DNA of 64,000 nucleotides. It comes from Actinomycetota bacterium. GTDB taxonomy: Bacteria; Actinomycetota; UBA4738; HRBIN12. Every line of letters begins with the position of its first letter. Positions within the stretch are counted from its first letter, which is position 1. Made by a program: the position numbers and the translations under genes. The stretch is from the NCBI GenBank assembly GCA_005884925.1, contig VAYU01000031.1:3548-67547 (forward strand), given 5' to 3'. Of this stretch, positions 1 to 9,067 are shown piece by piece. Below the pieces are notes generated by a model. That model saw only the letters and a list, made by a program, of their open reading frames with translations. It was not told where the DNA came from and searched no databases.

Positions 1-120
1 CTCAGCGAGGCTGAGATGGCCGACGCGCTCGAGGTGCCGGCGGGGACGGTGAAATCGCGCTTGTCGCGAGCGATGACGAAGCTCCGGACGGCGATCGTGG
101 CCGAGGAGGTACAGGCGTGA
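1..120 (+). CDS. ECF sigma factor, C-terminal region 4 (5'-truncated by window edge)
   Basis: Frame 1 reads LSEAEMADALEVPAGTVKSRLSRAMTKLR..., a typical sigma region 4.2 HTH (GTVKSRLSRA); stop overlaps next start (GTGA). Confidence 0.9.
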   Translation, partial: LSEAEMADALEVPAGTVKSRLSRAMTKLRTAIVAEEVQA

Positions 121-887
121 GCGCTGAGCGACTGAGCCGTATGACCGACGAGGGGCTGGGCGAGGCCCTGCGCGCCCTCGAACCCCTGCTCCTGCAGCCG
201 CAGCCACCCGACGTCACAGGCGAGGTCCTGGCGACGATACGCGCCGGGCGGCGGCCTCGGCGGCGGCTCTCGTCCCGCGCCCGGATCGCGATCCTGGTCG
301 CCGCCGCTTTGCTCGCGCTCGCCACCGCCGCTGCCGCGGCGAAGCTCGTGATCGATCTCGGCGGGATCAGGATCGAGCGCGAACCGACGGTCACGGCGAC
401 GCCGACCGGCTCCCCGATCGCCGGCGTGGCGCTCGGACGGCCCATCACCCTCCCTGAGGCGAGCACCGCGGCCGGGTTCACCCCGCTCGTCCCCCGCGGG
501 CTCGGTGCGCCCGATCGAGTCTGGCTCACCTCGGGCACGAACGCCTTCGGCCAGTCGGACACGGTGCTTGTCGCCATGGCGTGGCTCCCCCGTCCGGGCC
601 TTCCGAGGATCCCCGGGACCCCGTTCGGCGCGTCGTTGATCGAGGTGAGTGGCGACGTCGACGTGCTCGTCAAGCATGTCCAGGCGCCGTTCGACTACCT
701 GCAGGAGGCAGACGCGTATTGGATCGATGCGCCGCATGAGGTGGAGCTGCTCACCCCCGATGGCACGCGCGTGTTCCCCGTCACCGACAACGTGCTCCTC
801 TGGCAGCGAGGCACCCTCGCGCTCAGGCTCGAGACGGGCCTCTCACAGCGGCAGGCACTCCGGCTCGCCCAGCTCGCCGGACACTGA
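117..887 (+). CDS. Putative membrane-anchored anti-sigma factor
   Basis: Translationally coupled to ECF sigma; short N-terminal cytoplasmic part, Arg-rich stretch, single TM helix (IAILVAAALLALATAAAAA), extracytoplasmic domain. Confidence 0.65.
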   Translation: MSAERLSRMTDEGLGEALRALEPLLLQPQPPDVTGEVLATIRAGRRPRRRLSSRARIAILVAAALLALATAAAAAKLVIDLGGIRIEREPTVTATPTGSPIAGVALGRPITLPEASTAAGFTPLVPRGLGAPDRVWLTSGTNAFGQSDTVLVAMAWLPRPGLPRIPGTPFGASLIEVSGDVDVLVKHVQAPFDYLQEADAYWIDAPHEVELLTPDGTRVFPVTDNVLLWQRGTLALRLETGLSQRQALRLAQLAGH

Positions 888-912
888 GGAACCAACCCGT
901 CCTCACCGGTGT
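888..912 (+). promoter_or_regulatory. Candidate ECF-sigma promoter for the cupredoxin gene
   Basis: GGAACC at 888-893 followed by GGTGTAA about 14-16 nt later, upstream of SD GAAGGAG; ECF -35 elements are commonly GGAAC. Confidence 0.4.
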
Positions 913-943
913 AACCACACGGGTGGAACGGAAGGAGCCAATC

Positions 944-1495
944 ATGCGATCGGCATCGAGGGCACTCGTAGTGCTCGCGTTCAGTGTGGTACCGCTGTTG
1001 GGCGCCGCACCGGCGCGGGCTGGCGGTGGCTGCCACGATGGAGTGACGCGAGGAACGGGCACCACGATCCAGATCGTGGATGCCTGCTTCACGCCAACGA
1101 TCCTGCAGGTGAAGCCGGGGCAGAACGTGACGTGGGTCAACACCGACCCGTTCGTGCACAACATCACCGCCAACGGCTGGGGTCACTACGACGACCTCAA
1201 GCCCACCGAGCGGTTCACCGCGGCGTTCGACGACCCCGGCCTCTATCCGTTCGCCTGCACCTATCACCCCGGCATGTCGGGCGTGATCGTGGTCGGCGAT
1301 GGCCGCGGGCCCGGGAACGGCTCCACGGTTGCGCTCGTCGGCACGGCGGCACAGGACGCGACCGCTCCGCTGGCCTCGACCGAGGCCCCGGCCGACCCGC
1401 GTGGCTGGGTCGCATCCGGGACGGTCGGGATCGTGATCGGCATCCTCGGCGGGCTCGGTATCGCCGCGGCGAGGCGACGCAGGATGGTGGCCTGA
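944..1495 (+). CDS. Cupredoxin (plastocyanin/azurin-like) with signal peptide and C-terminal TM anchor
   Basis: Type-1 copper ligands H(NI)...CTYHPGM; SD GAAGGAG before ATG 944; C-terminal TM followed by RRRR. Confidence 0.85.
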   Translation: MRSASRALVVLAFSVVPLLGAAPARAGGGCHDGVTRGTGTTIQIVDACFTPTILQVKPGQNVTWVNTDPFVHNITANGWGHYDDLKPTERFTAAFDDPGLYPFACTYHPGMSGVIVVGDGRGPGNGSTVALVGTAAQDATAPLASTEAPADPRGWVASGTVGIVIGILGGLGIAAARRRRMVA

Positions 1496-1496
1496 G

Positions 1497-2597
1497 CTAT
1501 ACGGGTACGGCGATGCCGGCCTGTTGCATCGCGAGCTCGAAATCGTGCCGGCTGCTCACGGCTTGCATCGCGTCCGCGATCGACACCGTCCCCTCCTGGA
1601 CCAACCGGAGGAGCCATTGGTCGAACGTCACCATCCCGTAGAACGCGCCGTCCTTGATCACCTCTTTGATCTCGGACGTCTTGTCGGGATCCTCGATGCG
1701 CTCCGCGACGCGACCCGTGTTCACCAGGATCTCGATCGCGGGTACACGCCCGCCGTCGCAGGTCGGCACGAGCCGTTGACAGACGATGCCCCGGAGGCTC
1801 GCCGCCAAGGCCAGCCGGACCTGCTTCTGCTGGTACGGCGGGAAGAAGTCGATCACGCGGTTCACGGTCTCGGTCGCGTCGGTGGTGTGCAGCGTCGAGA
1901 GCACGAGGTGGCCGGTCTCGGCCGCTTGGAGCGCCGCCCTCACGGTCTCCGTGTCGCGCATCTCGCCGATCAGGATCACGTCGGGGTCCTGGCGGAGAGC
2001 CGACCGGAGCGCGGACAGGAAGTCTTCGGTGTCGTTGCCGACCTCGCGCTGGTTGATCGACGCGACGTCGTCGCGATGCAGCACCTCGATCGGATCTTCG
2101 ATCGTGACGATGTGCACCGGCTTCGTCTGGTTGATGTAGGCGATCATGGCGGCGAGGGTGGTGGTCTTGCCGGAGCCGGTCGGTCCGGTCACGAGGATCA
2201 ACCCGCGCTGCTCGTCAGCGAGCGTGCGGACCGCGTCCGGAAGCCCGACCTCTTGGAATGAGGGGCCCCCGAACCGGAGCTTCCGCAGGACCATCGAGAT
2301 GGAGCCGCGCTGCCGGAACACGTTCGCCCGGAATCGGCCGACGTTCGCCACCGAGTACGCGAAGTCAACGTCTCCTCGCTCGGCGAACGTGGCCTTGCGG
2401 TCCTCGGGGACGATGCCGTCGGCGATCGCCTGGGTCTCGATCGGGGTCAGTTGATCGCGTTCCAGGCGGATGAGTCCGTGAGGCAGCCGGATCATCGGCG
2501 GCGAGCCGACCTTCACATGGAGATCGGACCCCTCGCCCTTGACCAGCTCTTCGAGCCACGAGTTGAACTCGGGCACGATCGGTGAGCTTGTTCCCAT
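1497..2597 (-). CDS. pilT: Type IV pilus retraction ATPase PilT/PilU
   Basis: GSDLHVKVGSPP, GPTGSGKTTTLAAM, TIEDPIE, SALRQDPDVILIGEMRD, AAETGHLVLSTLHT, GMVTFDQ; start could be 2597 or 2621. Confidence 0.93.
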   Translation of the reverse strand: MGTSSPIVPEFNSWLEELVKGEGSDLHVKVGSPPMIRLPHGLIRLERDQLTPIETQAIADGIVPEDRKATFAERGDVDFAYSVANVGRFRANVFRQRGSISMVLRKLRFGGPSFQEVGLPDAVRTLADEQRGLILVTGPTGSGKTTTLAAMIAYINQTKPVHIVTIEDPIEVLHRDDVASINQREVGNDTEDFLSALRSALRQDPDVILIGEMRDTETVRAALQAAETGHLVLSTLHTTDATETVNRVIDFFPPYQQKQVRLALAASLRGIVCQRLVPTCDGGRVPAIEILVNTGRVAERIEDPDKTSEIKEVIKDGAFYGMVTFDQWLLRLVQEGTVSIADAMQAVSSRHDFELAMQQAGIAVPV

Positions 2598-2660
2598 ATC
2601 TCGAGGCCTCCCTGGCGTCATCGATCCGTGGACGCGGAGCCGCCCCCCGCGTCGCTCGTT

Positions 2661-2689
2661 CCATCGGCGCGTTCGCGAGCCGACTTCAG
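2661..2689 (-). promoter_or_regulatory. Sigma-28 (FliA/WhiG)-type promoter of pilT
   Basis: Minus strand CTGAAG-N15-GCCGATGG, matching the sigma-28 -10 GCCGAT and spacing. Confidence 0.65.
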
Positions 2690-2732
2690 TCCACCCCATG
2701 CCGGCCCATGCCGGCGCCTGTGCCGAGCGGTC

Positions 2733-3413
2733 TCAACCTCCGCGAGCCGTCAGCCGGCAGACGGTCGTGCGCTCGGCCAGGGGCTCGAAGGACGTCATCC
2801 GGAGCGCGGGTCGGGAGGCGGCGAGCATCCCCTCGAGCAGCCCGCGGTGCACCGCACACACGAGGGCTCGATGCTCGTCCAACAGATCCCGGAACGGGCA
2901 ATCCCGCAGCGTGATCTCCACCGTCTGCTTGCCCGTGCGGCGGAACCGCGGCGTGAACCCGGCCCGCGCGAGCCCGTCCTGCAACGTGGCCAGGTTCGGG
3001 CCCGACGGTCGCTTCGCGCCCGGCCTCGGCGCGGTCCGGCCGACCAGGTACGCGCCCCACTCGCGCGCGAGCTCTTCGGCATGGTCCCGCTGCTTCGAGC
3101 TCGTGAGCAGCCCGGACAGGATGTCGGCGAGCAGCTTGTGATCTCTGCCCTCGCGCGGCTCGACGTCGACCGCCACGTACAGGGTCTGGGGGCGGCCGAC
3201 GGCCGCCGGCGTCCGGCGGGTCTCCCGTGCGACGAGCCCGACCTCTTCCAGACGGCGCAGGTGCGGCCGGAGCGTGTTCGGATGCAGGGACAGGCGGGTC
3301 GCCAGCTCGCGGACGGCGACCGGGCGCCCCGATAGCCGCAGGTACCGGTAGAGGCGGTACCGCGTGTCCTCCGCGAGGGCCTTGTGCACCTCGATCGCGA
3401 GCGGTTCCGGCAT
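2733..3413 (-). CDS. ArsR-like winged-HTH regulator with C-terminal Cys motifs (SufR-like)
   Basis: HKALAEDTRYRLY...LSLHPNTLRPHLRRLEEVGLV, GRP wing, C-terminal DCPF...VCAVH...C. Confidence 0.8.
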   Translation of the reverse strand: MPEPLAIEVHKALAEDTRYRLYRYLRLSGRPVAVRELATRLSLHPNTLRPHLRRLEEVGLVARETRRTPAAVGRPQTLYVAVDVEPREGRDHKLLADILSGLLTSSKQRDHAEELAREWGAYLVGRTAPRPGAKRPSGPNLATLQDGLARAGFTPRFRRTGKQTVEITLRDCPFRDLLDEHRALVCAVHRGLLEGMLAASRPALRMTSFEPLAERTTVCRLTARGG

Positions 3414-3444
3414 GGGGGCTCCCCCGTCGTAGACTGACTGCGTT

Positions 3445-3464
3445 TGCACGGTACGCACCGTGCA
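3445..3464. promoter_or_regulatory. Palindromic operator candidate between the divergent regulator and mrp
   Basis: TGCACGGT-acgc-ACCGTGCA, perfect 8-bp inverted repeat in the 85-nt divergent gap. Confidence 0.5.
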
Positions 3465-3498
3465 TATGCGTCGAATCGTACCCGGGAGACGAACGCCG

Positions 3499-4608
3499 AT
3501 GGCCACCGAAGAGCAGATCCGCGAAGCGCTCAGGGGCGTTCGCGATCCCGAGATCGGCAAACCGATCGAAGACATCGGGATGCTGCAACGGATCGAGGTC
3601 GACGGCGGACTCGTTCGGGTCCACGTCCTGCTGACGATCGAAGGGTGCCCGCTGCGCGACCGGATCACGACCGACGTCACGGCGGCCGTCCAGCCGATCG
3701 CCGGCGTCGAGCGCGTCGAGGTCTCCCTGACCCCGATGAGCGACGAGCAGCGACAGGCACTCGTCGGGCAGCTCCGCGGCGCCCCGGCGGGGCAACCCCC
3801 TCCCCCATCGAAGATCTCGTTCCCGCCGCAGACCGCGCTGATCGCGATCGCGTCGGGAAAGGGCGGGGTCGGGAAGTCGAGCGTCGCCGTGAACCTCGCG
3901 TGCGTGCTCGCGGAGGAGGGCGCGAACGTCGGGATCCTCGATGCCGACGTGTGGGGCTTCAGCGTGCCTCGGATGATCGGCGCCGAGGGCAAGCCCGTCG
4001 GGTTCGACAACATGATCATGCCGCTCGAGTCCCACGGCGTGAAGGTGATCTCGATGGGCCACTTCGTGCCGGAGGAGACGCCGGTGATCTGGCGCGGGCC
4101 CATGCTGCACAAGGCGATCGAGCAGTTCCTCGGCGACGTCTACTGGGGCGACCTCGACTTCCTGCTCTGCGATCTCCCGCCGGGCACGGGCGACGTGAGC
4201 ATCTCGCTCGCCTCGTTCATCCCGGGAGCCTCGATGGTCGTCGTGACCACGCCGCAGGAGGCCGCGCGGAAGGTCGCGGAGCGGGCGGGCAAGATGGCCG
4301 AGCGGACCAACCTCCGGCCGATCGGCGTGATCGAGAACATGTCGTACTACGTGTGCCCGCATTGCGGCGAGCGCGAGTCCCTGTTCGGAGAGGGCGGCGG
4401 GCGGCTCGCGGCCGAGACGCTCGCGGTCCCGTTGCTGGCGCAGGTCCCCCTTGTTCCTGCGCTCCGCGAGGGAGCCGACGCGGGTGCGCCGATCGTGGTG
4501 CGCGACCCCTCGTCCCCGGCGTCGGAGGCGCTCCGCGAGGCGGCCGATGCGATCCGCAAGGCGACGAAGTCCAAGATCGGCAAGCCGCTGTCGTTGATGG
4601 CTCGATGA
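3499..4608 (+). CDS. mrp: Mrp/NBP35 (ApbC) Fe-S cluster carrier ATPase with N-terminal DUF59-like domain
   Basis: VRDPEIGKPI...GCP; SGKGGVGKS; DADVWG; PVIWRGPM; DLPPGTGD; ENMSYYVCPHCG. Confidence 0.93.
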   Translation: MATEEQIREALRGVRDPEIGKPIEDIGMLQRIEVDGGLVRVHVLLTIEGCPLRDRITTDVTAAVQPIAGVERVEVSLTPMSDEQRQALVGQLRGAPAGQPPPPSKISFPPQTALIAIASGKGGVGKSSVAVNLACVLAEEGANVGILDADVWGFSVPRMIGAEGKPVGFDNMIMPLESHGVKVISMGHFVPEETPVIWRGPMLHKAIEQFLGDVYWGDLDFLLCDLPPGTGDVSISLASFIPGASMVVVTTPQEAARKVAERAGKMAERTNLRPIGVIENMSYYVCPHCGERESLFGEGGGRLAAETLAVPLLAQVPLVPALREGADAGAPIVVRDPSSPASEALREAADAIRKATKSKIGKPLSLMAR

Positions 4609-5102
4609 CCACCCCGTCCGACGTGCTCCGCGCCATGTTCGGGCACCACGTCTGGGCGACGACGCGGTTGATCGATGCGCTGGAACGGCTGGATCCCGTG
4701 CACCTCGATGCGAGGATCGAGGGCACGTACGGATCGACGATGCAGACGCTCACGCATCTGGTTGACGCCGACGAGCGCTACCTGCAGCGCCTGACCACGC
4801 CGGTGTTGGCGTCGGGTGCGGGCGGGGGGACCCGGCCCCTCGCCGACGTCCGCAAGGAGATACAGGAGCACGGCGATCGCTGGGCCGAGATGCTGGACGC
4901 CGTGGACCGCGGTGACCTGCACGCGGCCGTGATCGGGAAGTCGGACTATCCGGACACCGACCCCGCCGAAGGGATGCTGCTCGTCCAGGCGATCCAGCAC
5001 GGCAACGACCACCGGACGCAGATCTGCTCGACGTTGGGTGCGTTGGGGTTGGAGGTCCCGGAGCTGGACGGATGGGACTACTGGGCGTCCGAGAGACGCT
5101 GA
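4605..5102 (+). CDS. DinB family protein
   Basis: HHVWAT, GSTMQTLTHLVDAD, HGNDHRTQI metal-binding His pattern; ATGA overlap with mrp. Confidence 0.85.
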   Translation: MTTPSDVLRAMFGHHVWATTRLIDALERLDPVHLDARIEGTYGSTMQTLTHLVDADERYLQRLTTPVLASGAGGGTRPLADVRKEIQEHGDRWAEMLDAVDRGDLHAAVIGKSDYPDTDPAEGMLLVQAIQHGNDHRTQICSTLGALGLEVPELDGWDYWASERR

Positions 5103-5127
5103 AGCCCACGCGAACGCTCGGACGCGC

Positions 5128-6078
5128 TCAGGCGGCCTCGGTGGGAGCCGGCTGCGTCGCACCCGCGGGCTCGTCGCGTCCCTGAGCCCTCCCCGGCGTC
5201 GTGGGCCCCGGACGCTTGGTCACCGCTCGCACGATCAGCAGCACGATGCTCACCACCACCACGATGAGCGCCGTCCATTGCGAGCCCGTCAGCGGGCCGA
5301 AGCGCTTGTCGATCCGCAGGAAGTCCTCGATCAGACGCGCGCAGCCGTAGCAGATCGCGAACGCGAGCGTCGCCGTCCCTTCGCGCCGGGCCTCGCGGGT
5401 GAACCACCAGAGGAACCCGAACAAGGCCCACGCGATCAACATGTCGTACATCGCGGTCTGATGCACGCCGACGCCCGTGGCGATCGTCTCGAGCCCGGCA
5501 CGCAGCTCGGCGCTCCCACGCCGGATGATCTCGATGTGGTTCCCCTGCAGCGCCGCCTGACACTCGTTGGCGCCACAGTTGAACGGGGGCGCGAGCTTGC
5601 CACCGTGATAGGTCCACGCGAGGATCCAGGACGTGGGCTTGCCCAGGTGATCGCCGATGATGAGATCGCCGATCCGTCCGATCGCGATCCCGAGAGCCAG
5701 CGGCGCCGTCAGCGTGTCGGCGACCTGGAAGAACCGGAGGCCGAATCGTCGGATGTTGACGGCGTTCGCGATCGTGGCTCCCGCGATGCCTCCGAGGAGG
5801 GAGATCCCACCCTTCCAGACGTAGAGCCACTCGAGCGGTGAGGCGAAATCCGACACGTGCGCGATCACGTACGCCACGCGAGCTCCCACGATCGCCCCGA
5901 TCAAGGACCAGAACACGATCGAGTTCACGGCGTCGACGGAGATCCCGCGACGCGCCGCCAGTCGCCCGAACAACCAGGCTCCGGTGGCGAAACCGATGGC
6001 GATGAACACGCCGTGGGGCGAGAAGCCGAGCACGCGGTCGACGACCGGCCAGCCGACCGAGGCGAGCGAAGGACTCAT
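5128..6078 (-). CDS. lgt: Prolipoprotein diacylglyceryl transferase (divergent)
   Basis: GAIVGARVAYV, WKGGISLLGG, IAIGRIGD, HQTAMYD, YGCARLIEDFLR, LTGSQW. Confidence 0.85.
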   Translation of the reverse strand: MSPSLASVGWPVVDRVLGFSPHGVFIAIGFATGAWLFGRLAARRGISVDAVNSIVFWSLIGAIVGARVAYVIAHVSDFASPLEWLYVWKGGISLLGGIAGATIANAVNIRRFGLRFFQVADTLTAPLALGIAIGRIGDLIIGDHLGKPTSWILAWTYHGGKLAPPFNCGANECQAALQGNHIEIIRRGSAELRAGLETIATGVGVHQTAMYDMLIAWALFGFLWWFTREARREGTATLAFAICYGCARLIEDFLRIDKRFGPLTGSQWTALIVVVVSIVLLIVRAVTKRPGPTTPGRAQGRDEPAGATQPAPTEAA

Positions 6079-6100
6079 CGTGCCGAGCGTAACAGCGTGG

Positions 6101-6691
6101 TCATGAACGACCGCGGGGCCAGAGCCGTGCGATCGCACGTCCGAAGAGCAACCCGCTCGCCACGTCGCTCGGGTAGTGCACGCCCACGTAGACCCTCGAC
6201 GTGGCGACGGCGAGGTCCAGTCCCGTGAACGCCGTGCGGGCCGGGATCCCGAGCTCCAGCTCGCGCGCAGCCACCCGTGTGAAGGTCGTCAGCACGGCCG
6301 GATGGGACGACGGCCACGAGGCCCCCTTCGGTCGCGCGATCAGGAGCCGGGTCCCCGGCGGGTCGGCGTCGGACGGCCGTGGCCGGACGACGACGCGCTT
6401 GATGCCTTGCAGCGCGAGCCAGGTCGCGCCGGCGGCGCCGAGCGCGCGAAGCGCCGCTCGGCGCCGCCCGGCCGTGAGCAGCACGCCGGCGGCCGCGCCC
6501 GCCGCGTAGAAGGACCCGAGCTCCGTGATCCCTGCGAACGCGCGGTCGGCCTCCGTACCGTGGCCGCGGTTCACCACCGCGAAGAGCTCCCGGTCGACGT
6601 CGGGACCATCCTCGCCCTTCATCGCCCCAAGGCCGATCGCGCACGCGCCCGCAACCAGCGCGCCCGCCCACACCAACCTCGTCACGCCCAT
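6101..6691 (-). CDS. PAP2 family phosphatase
   Basis: KRVVVRPRP, SWPSSH, SRVYVGVHYPSDV motifs. Confidence 0.9.
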   Translation of the reverse strand: MGVTRLVWAGALVAGACAIGLGAMKGEDGPDVDRELFAVVNRGHGTEADRAFAGITELGSFYAAGAAAGVLLTAGRRRAALRALGAAGATWLALQGIKRVVVRPRPSDADPPGTRLLIARPKGASWPSSHPAVLTTFTRVAARELELGIPARTAFTGLDLAVATSRVYVGVHYPSDVASGLLFGRAIARLWPRGRS

Positions 6692-6764
6692 GGCGGTCGA
6701 TGATGCATGATGGCGAACGGGAGCGTCAGACCGACGGAGGACACGGGTGCACCCGCGCGAGGAC

Positions 6765-7052
6765 ATGGACGACGAGGACGGCCGCGGGAGCGGCGGTTCG
6801 GGCGGATGGGTCGAGCGACGTGAAGGCCCAAGCGTGAAGCTGATCGTCGCCGGCGTCATCGTGCTCCTCCTCGTCGTGTTCCTGCTCCAGAACGCCGAGA
6901 CGACGAAGATCCGGTTCCTCTTCCTGGACGGGACCTATCCGCTCTGGTCGCTGCTCATCGTGGGCGCCGCGCTGGGCTTCGCCGCGGGATGGTTGGTGGC
7001 GGCGGCCCGCGGACGCCGTCGGCTCGAGCGTCGCGCGAAGGACGAGGGCTAG
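6765..7052 (+). CDS. LapA/DUF1049-type small membrane protein
   Basis: Two TM segments with VFLLQN...IRFLF pattern and Arg-rich tail. Confidence 0.75.
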   Translation: MDDEDGRGSGGSGGWVERREGPSVKLIVAGVIVLLLVVFLLQNAETTKIRFLFLDGTYPLWSLLIVGAALGFAAGWLVAAARGRRRLERRAKDEG

Positions 7053-7501
7053 CGGGCCGCCGCCCGGTCCTCGATCTCCCGTTTCTGCGCGAGCGTTCCT
7101 CGTTTCAGCGCGTACTGCGCGCCACCGACCGCGTTGACGCTCGCGGCCGCGAACGCGCCGAGCGGCCCCCGGAACACGTAGTCGATCTGATGCCGGAGCA
7201 CGCTCCGGTCGAACGGGAGCGATGCGATCGAGGTCGTCACGGTGGCGTTCAGCACGCCGCCGAGACGGATCTTCGCTCGCCACGGTGGTTCCCACTCGAG
7301 CACCGTGCACGGGATCGATGCCCGCACGCGCATGAATGCCATCACGACCGAGTAGTGCGAGCCCTGACGGAGCCCATCCTCGGGAACCTTCACGTCGACG
7401 ATGTGCCGGTCCCAGTGGGGCAGGTTACGGGGGTCGCTCGTGACCTCCCACACGACCTCGGGAGGCGCATCGATCTCGACCGAGTACTCGGCCGTCGTCA
7501 T
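7049..7501 (-). CDS. SRPBCC (polyketide cyclase/dehydrase-like) protein
   Basis: SVEIDAPPEVVWEVTSDPRNLPHW, EWEPP. Confidence 0.85.
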   Translation of the reverse strand: MTTAEYSVEIDAPPEVVWEVTSDPRNLPHWDRHIVDVKVPEDGLRQGSHYSVVMAFMRVRASIPCTVLEWEPPWRAKIRLGGVLNATVTTSIASLPFDRSVLRHQIDYVFRGPLGAFAAASVNAVGGAQYALKRGTLAQKREIEDRAAAR

Positions 7502-8445
7502 CCCGGGATCGTGCTCCCGCTCGTCCAGCCCCTCCACCACACGACGCGGCGCGGGGTGACGCGGACGAGCGCGTCGGCAGACGGCGCGAGACCCTGGAGG
7601 ATCGCGCGCATCGTCTTGGCGCCCGAGCCGACGTTCCCCTCCACGAAGAACTCGGCGACGCCTTGGAACATCGCGCCGACCATGTCACGGGCACGCCAGG
7701 CCGATGGGCTGTCCACGGTGAGCGCGACCGTCGCATCACGATCGGCCGCGGCGATCGCGAGGGTCTCGGCCGGGAGCGCGGCGTAGAGCGTGGTGGCGTC
7801 GGCGCGCCAGTGGATCGGGAGGATGGTGAGGCCGCGCTCGCCGGCCACGGCCAGCGCACCACGGCCTTCCCGGCCGATCGGTGAGACCACGTCGTGCGGG
7901 AGGACGGACAGCGGATCGGCGCCGGTCGAGGAGCGACGGAAGCTCGCATGCGAGACCGGCTGCCCGCCCCAGCGGCCACGGCCCTCCTGCACGCCCTCAT
8001 CATCGAGCAGCGCCGTTCGTTCCAGGTCGACGCCCACGAAGACCCGCCCGGGCGGGGTCCAGGCGAACGGCACCTGGCGCGCGTCGAAGGCATACCCGGC
8101 GAAGAAGCGAGCGTTCTTCCGGCTGAACCCGGCCGTCGCGCGCGCGATCGAGGTCGCGCCCGCGACGGCCGCCCCCCAGGTCCGCGTGTCGAGAGCGTCG
8201 TAGGTCTTCACGGTTCCCGTGAAGGCCACGGAGAGATCCCCGTCTCGGATCAGCCCGGCGGTCGATGGGTCGGTCCGCCAGGCCCGCGCCTTCACCGACC
8301 CGCGCGAAGTGGTCAACCAGACCCTCGCGCCGCTGTAGGCGAACACGAGCGGGGTGCAGTGCGGGCCGTTCGGGGTGGTGGCGGCGACCGTGCAGAACTG
8401 GCCCTCCTCCAGGATCCGCTGCACGGCCGTCGAAACGAAACTCAC
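7498..8445 (-). CDS. Pyridoxamine 5'-phosphate oxidase-like (split-barrel flavin/F420-binding) two-domain protein
   Basis: CTVAATTPNGPHCTPLVF...TTSRGSVKAR; second repeat ending VRVTPRRVVWW. Confidence 0.75.
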   Translation of the reverse strand: MSFVSTAVQRILEEGQFCTVAATTPNGPHCTPLVFAYSGARVWLTTSRGSVKARAWRTDPSTAGLIRDGDLSVAFTGTVKTYDALDTRTWGAAVAGATSIARATAGFSRKNARFFAGYAFDARQVPFAWTPPGRVFVGVDLERTALLDDEGVQEGRGRWGGQPVSHASFRRSSTGADPLSVLPHDVVSPIGREGRGALAVAGERGLTILPIHWRADATTLYAALPAETLAIAAADRDATVALTVDSPSAWRARDMVGAMFQGVAEFFVEGNVGSGAKTMRAILQGLAPSADALVRVTPRRVVWWRGWTSGSTIPG

Positions 8446-9065
8446 ACGCGTCCCCTCCGCCCGGCCCCCGGCGGGAGCACGAGCATCAGTCCGGTCCAAA
8501 GGATATGGCTCGCGAGCGGTGCCGCGAGTCCCCCCGACCACCACGCGAGGGCCCCCCAGACCGCTCCGCCGACGACCGCCCCGGCCACGATCGGTAGCGA
8601 TCGCGAGGGGAGGTTGGCCACCGAGTAGGCGAACAACGCGGCGACCGCCGCGCCGCCGGCCCCGAGGGCCGTCTCCCCGAGCGTGCGCTGCACCAACCCG
8701 CGGTAGAAGATCTCCTCGGCAGGGACCGAGACCAGCAGCGAGAGCACGAGCGCCGCCCTGATCGGCTCATCCGCGGCCTCGCGATACGCAGCCTCCACGT
8801 GGCGGGCGAAGGGCCCCCAATGCGACGCGATCGCGACGAACACCCGCGTGGCGACGAACAGCGCGAGACCGCTGGCAAGCCCGACGACGACGGCCTCGCT
8901 CAGCCCCGTGGTTCCTTCGGGAGCGGGCATCACCACGAGCGCGACCAGCCCCATCGCGCCGAGCACGAACGGCATCAGCCGCCACACCGTGGCGCGACCG
9001 GAGGAGATCGCCCACCAGGCGACCGTCTGCGCGACGATCCCGACGACGATGACGGCTGCTCGCAC
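8442..9065 (-). CDS. CPBP (Abi/CAAX) intramembrane metalloprotease
   Basis: AEEIFYRG motif, multiple TMs, PLASHILW. Confidence 0.85.
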   Translation of the reverse strand: MRAAVIVVGIVAQTVAWWAISSGRATVWRLMPFVLGAMGLVALVVMPAPEGTTGLSEAVVVGLASGLALFVATRVFVAIASHWGPFARHVEAAYREAADEPIRAALVLSLLVSVPAEEIFYRGLVQRTLGETALGAGGAAVAALFAYSVANLPSRSLPIVAGAVVGGAVWGALAWWSGGLAAPLASHILWTGLMLVLPPGAGRRGRV

Positions 9066-9067
9066 GG

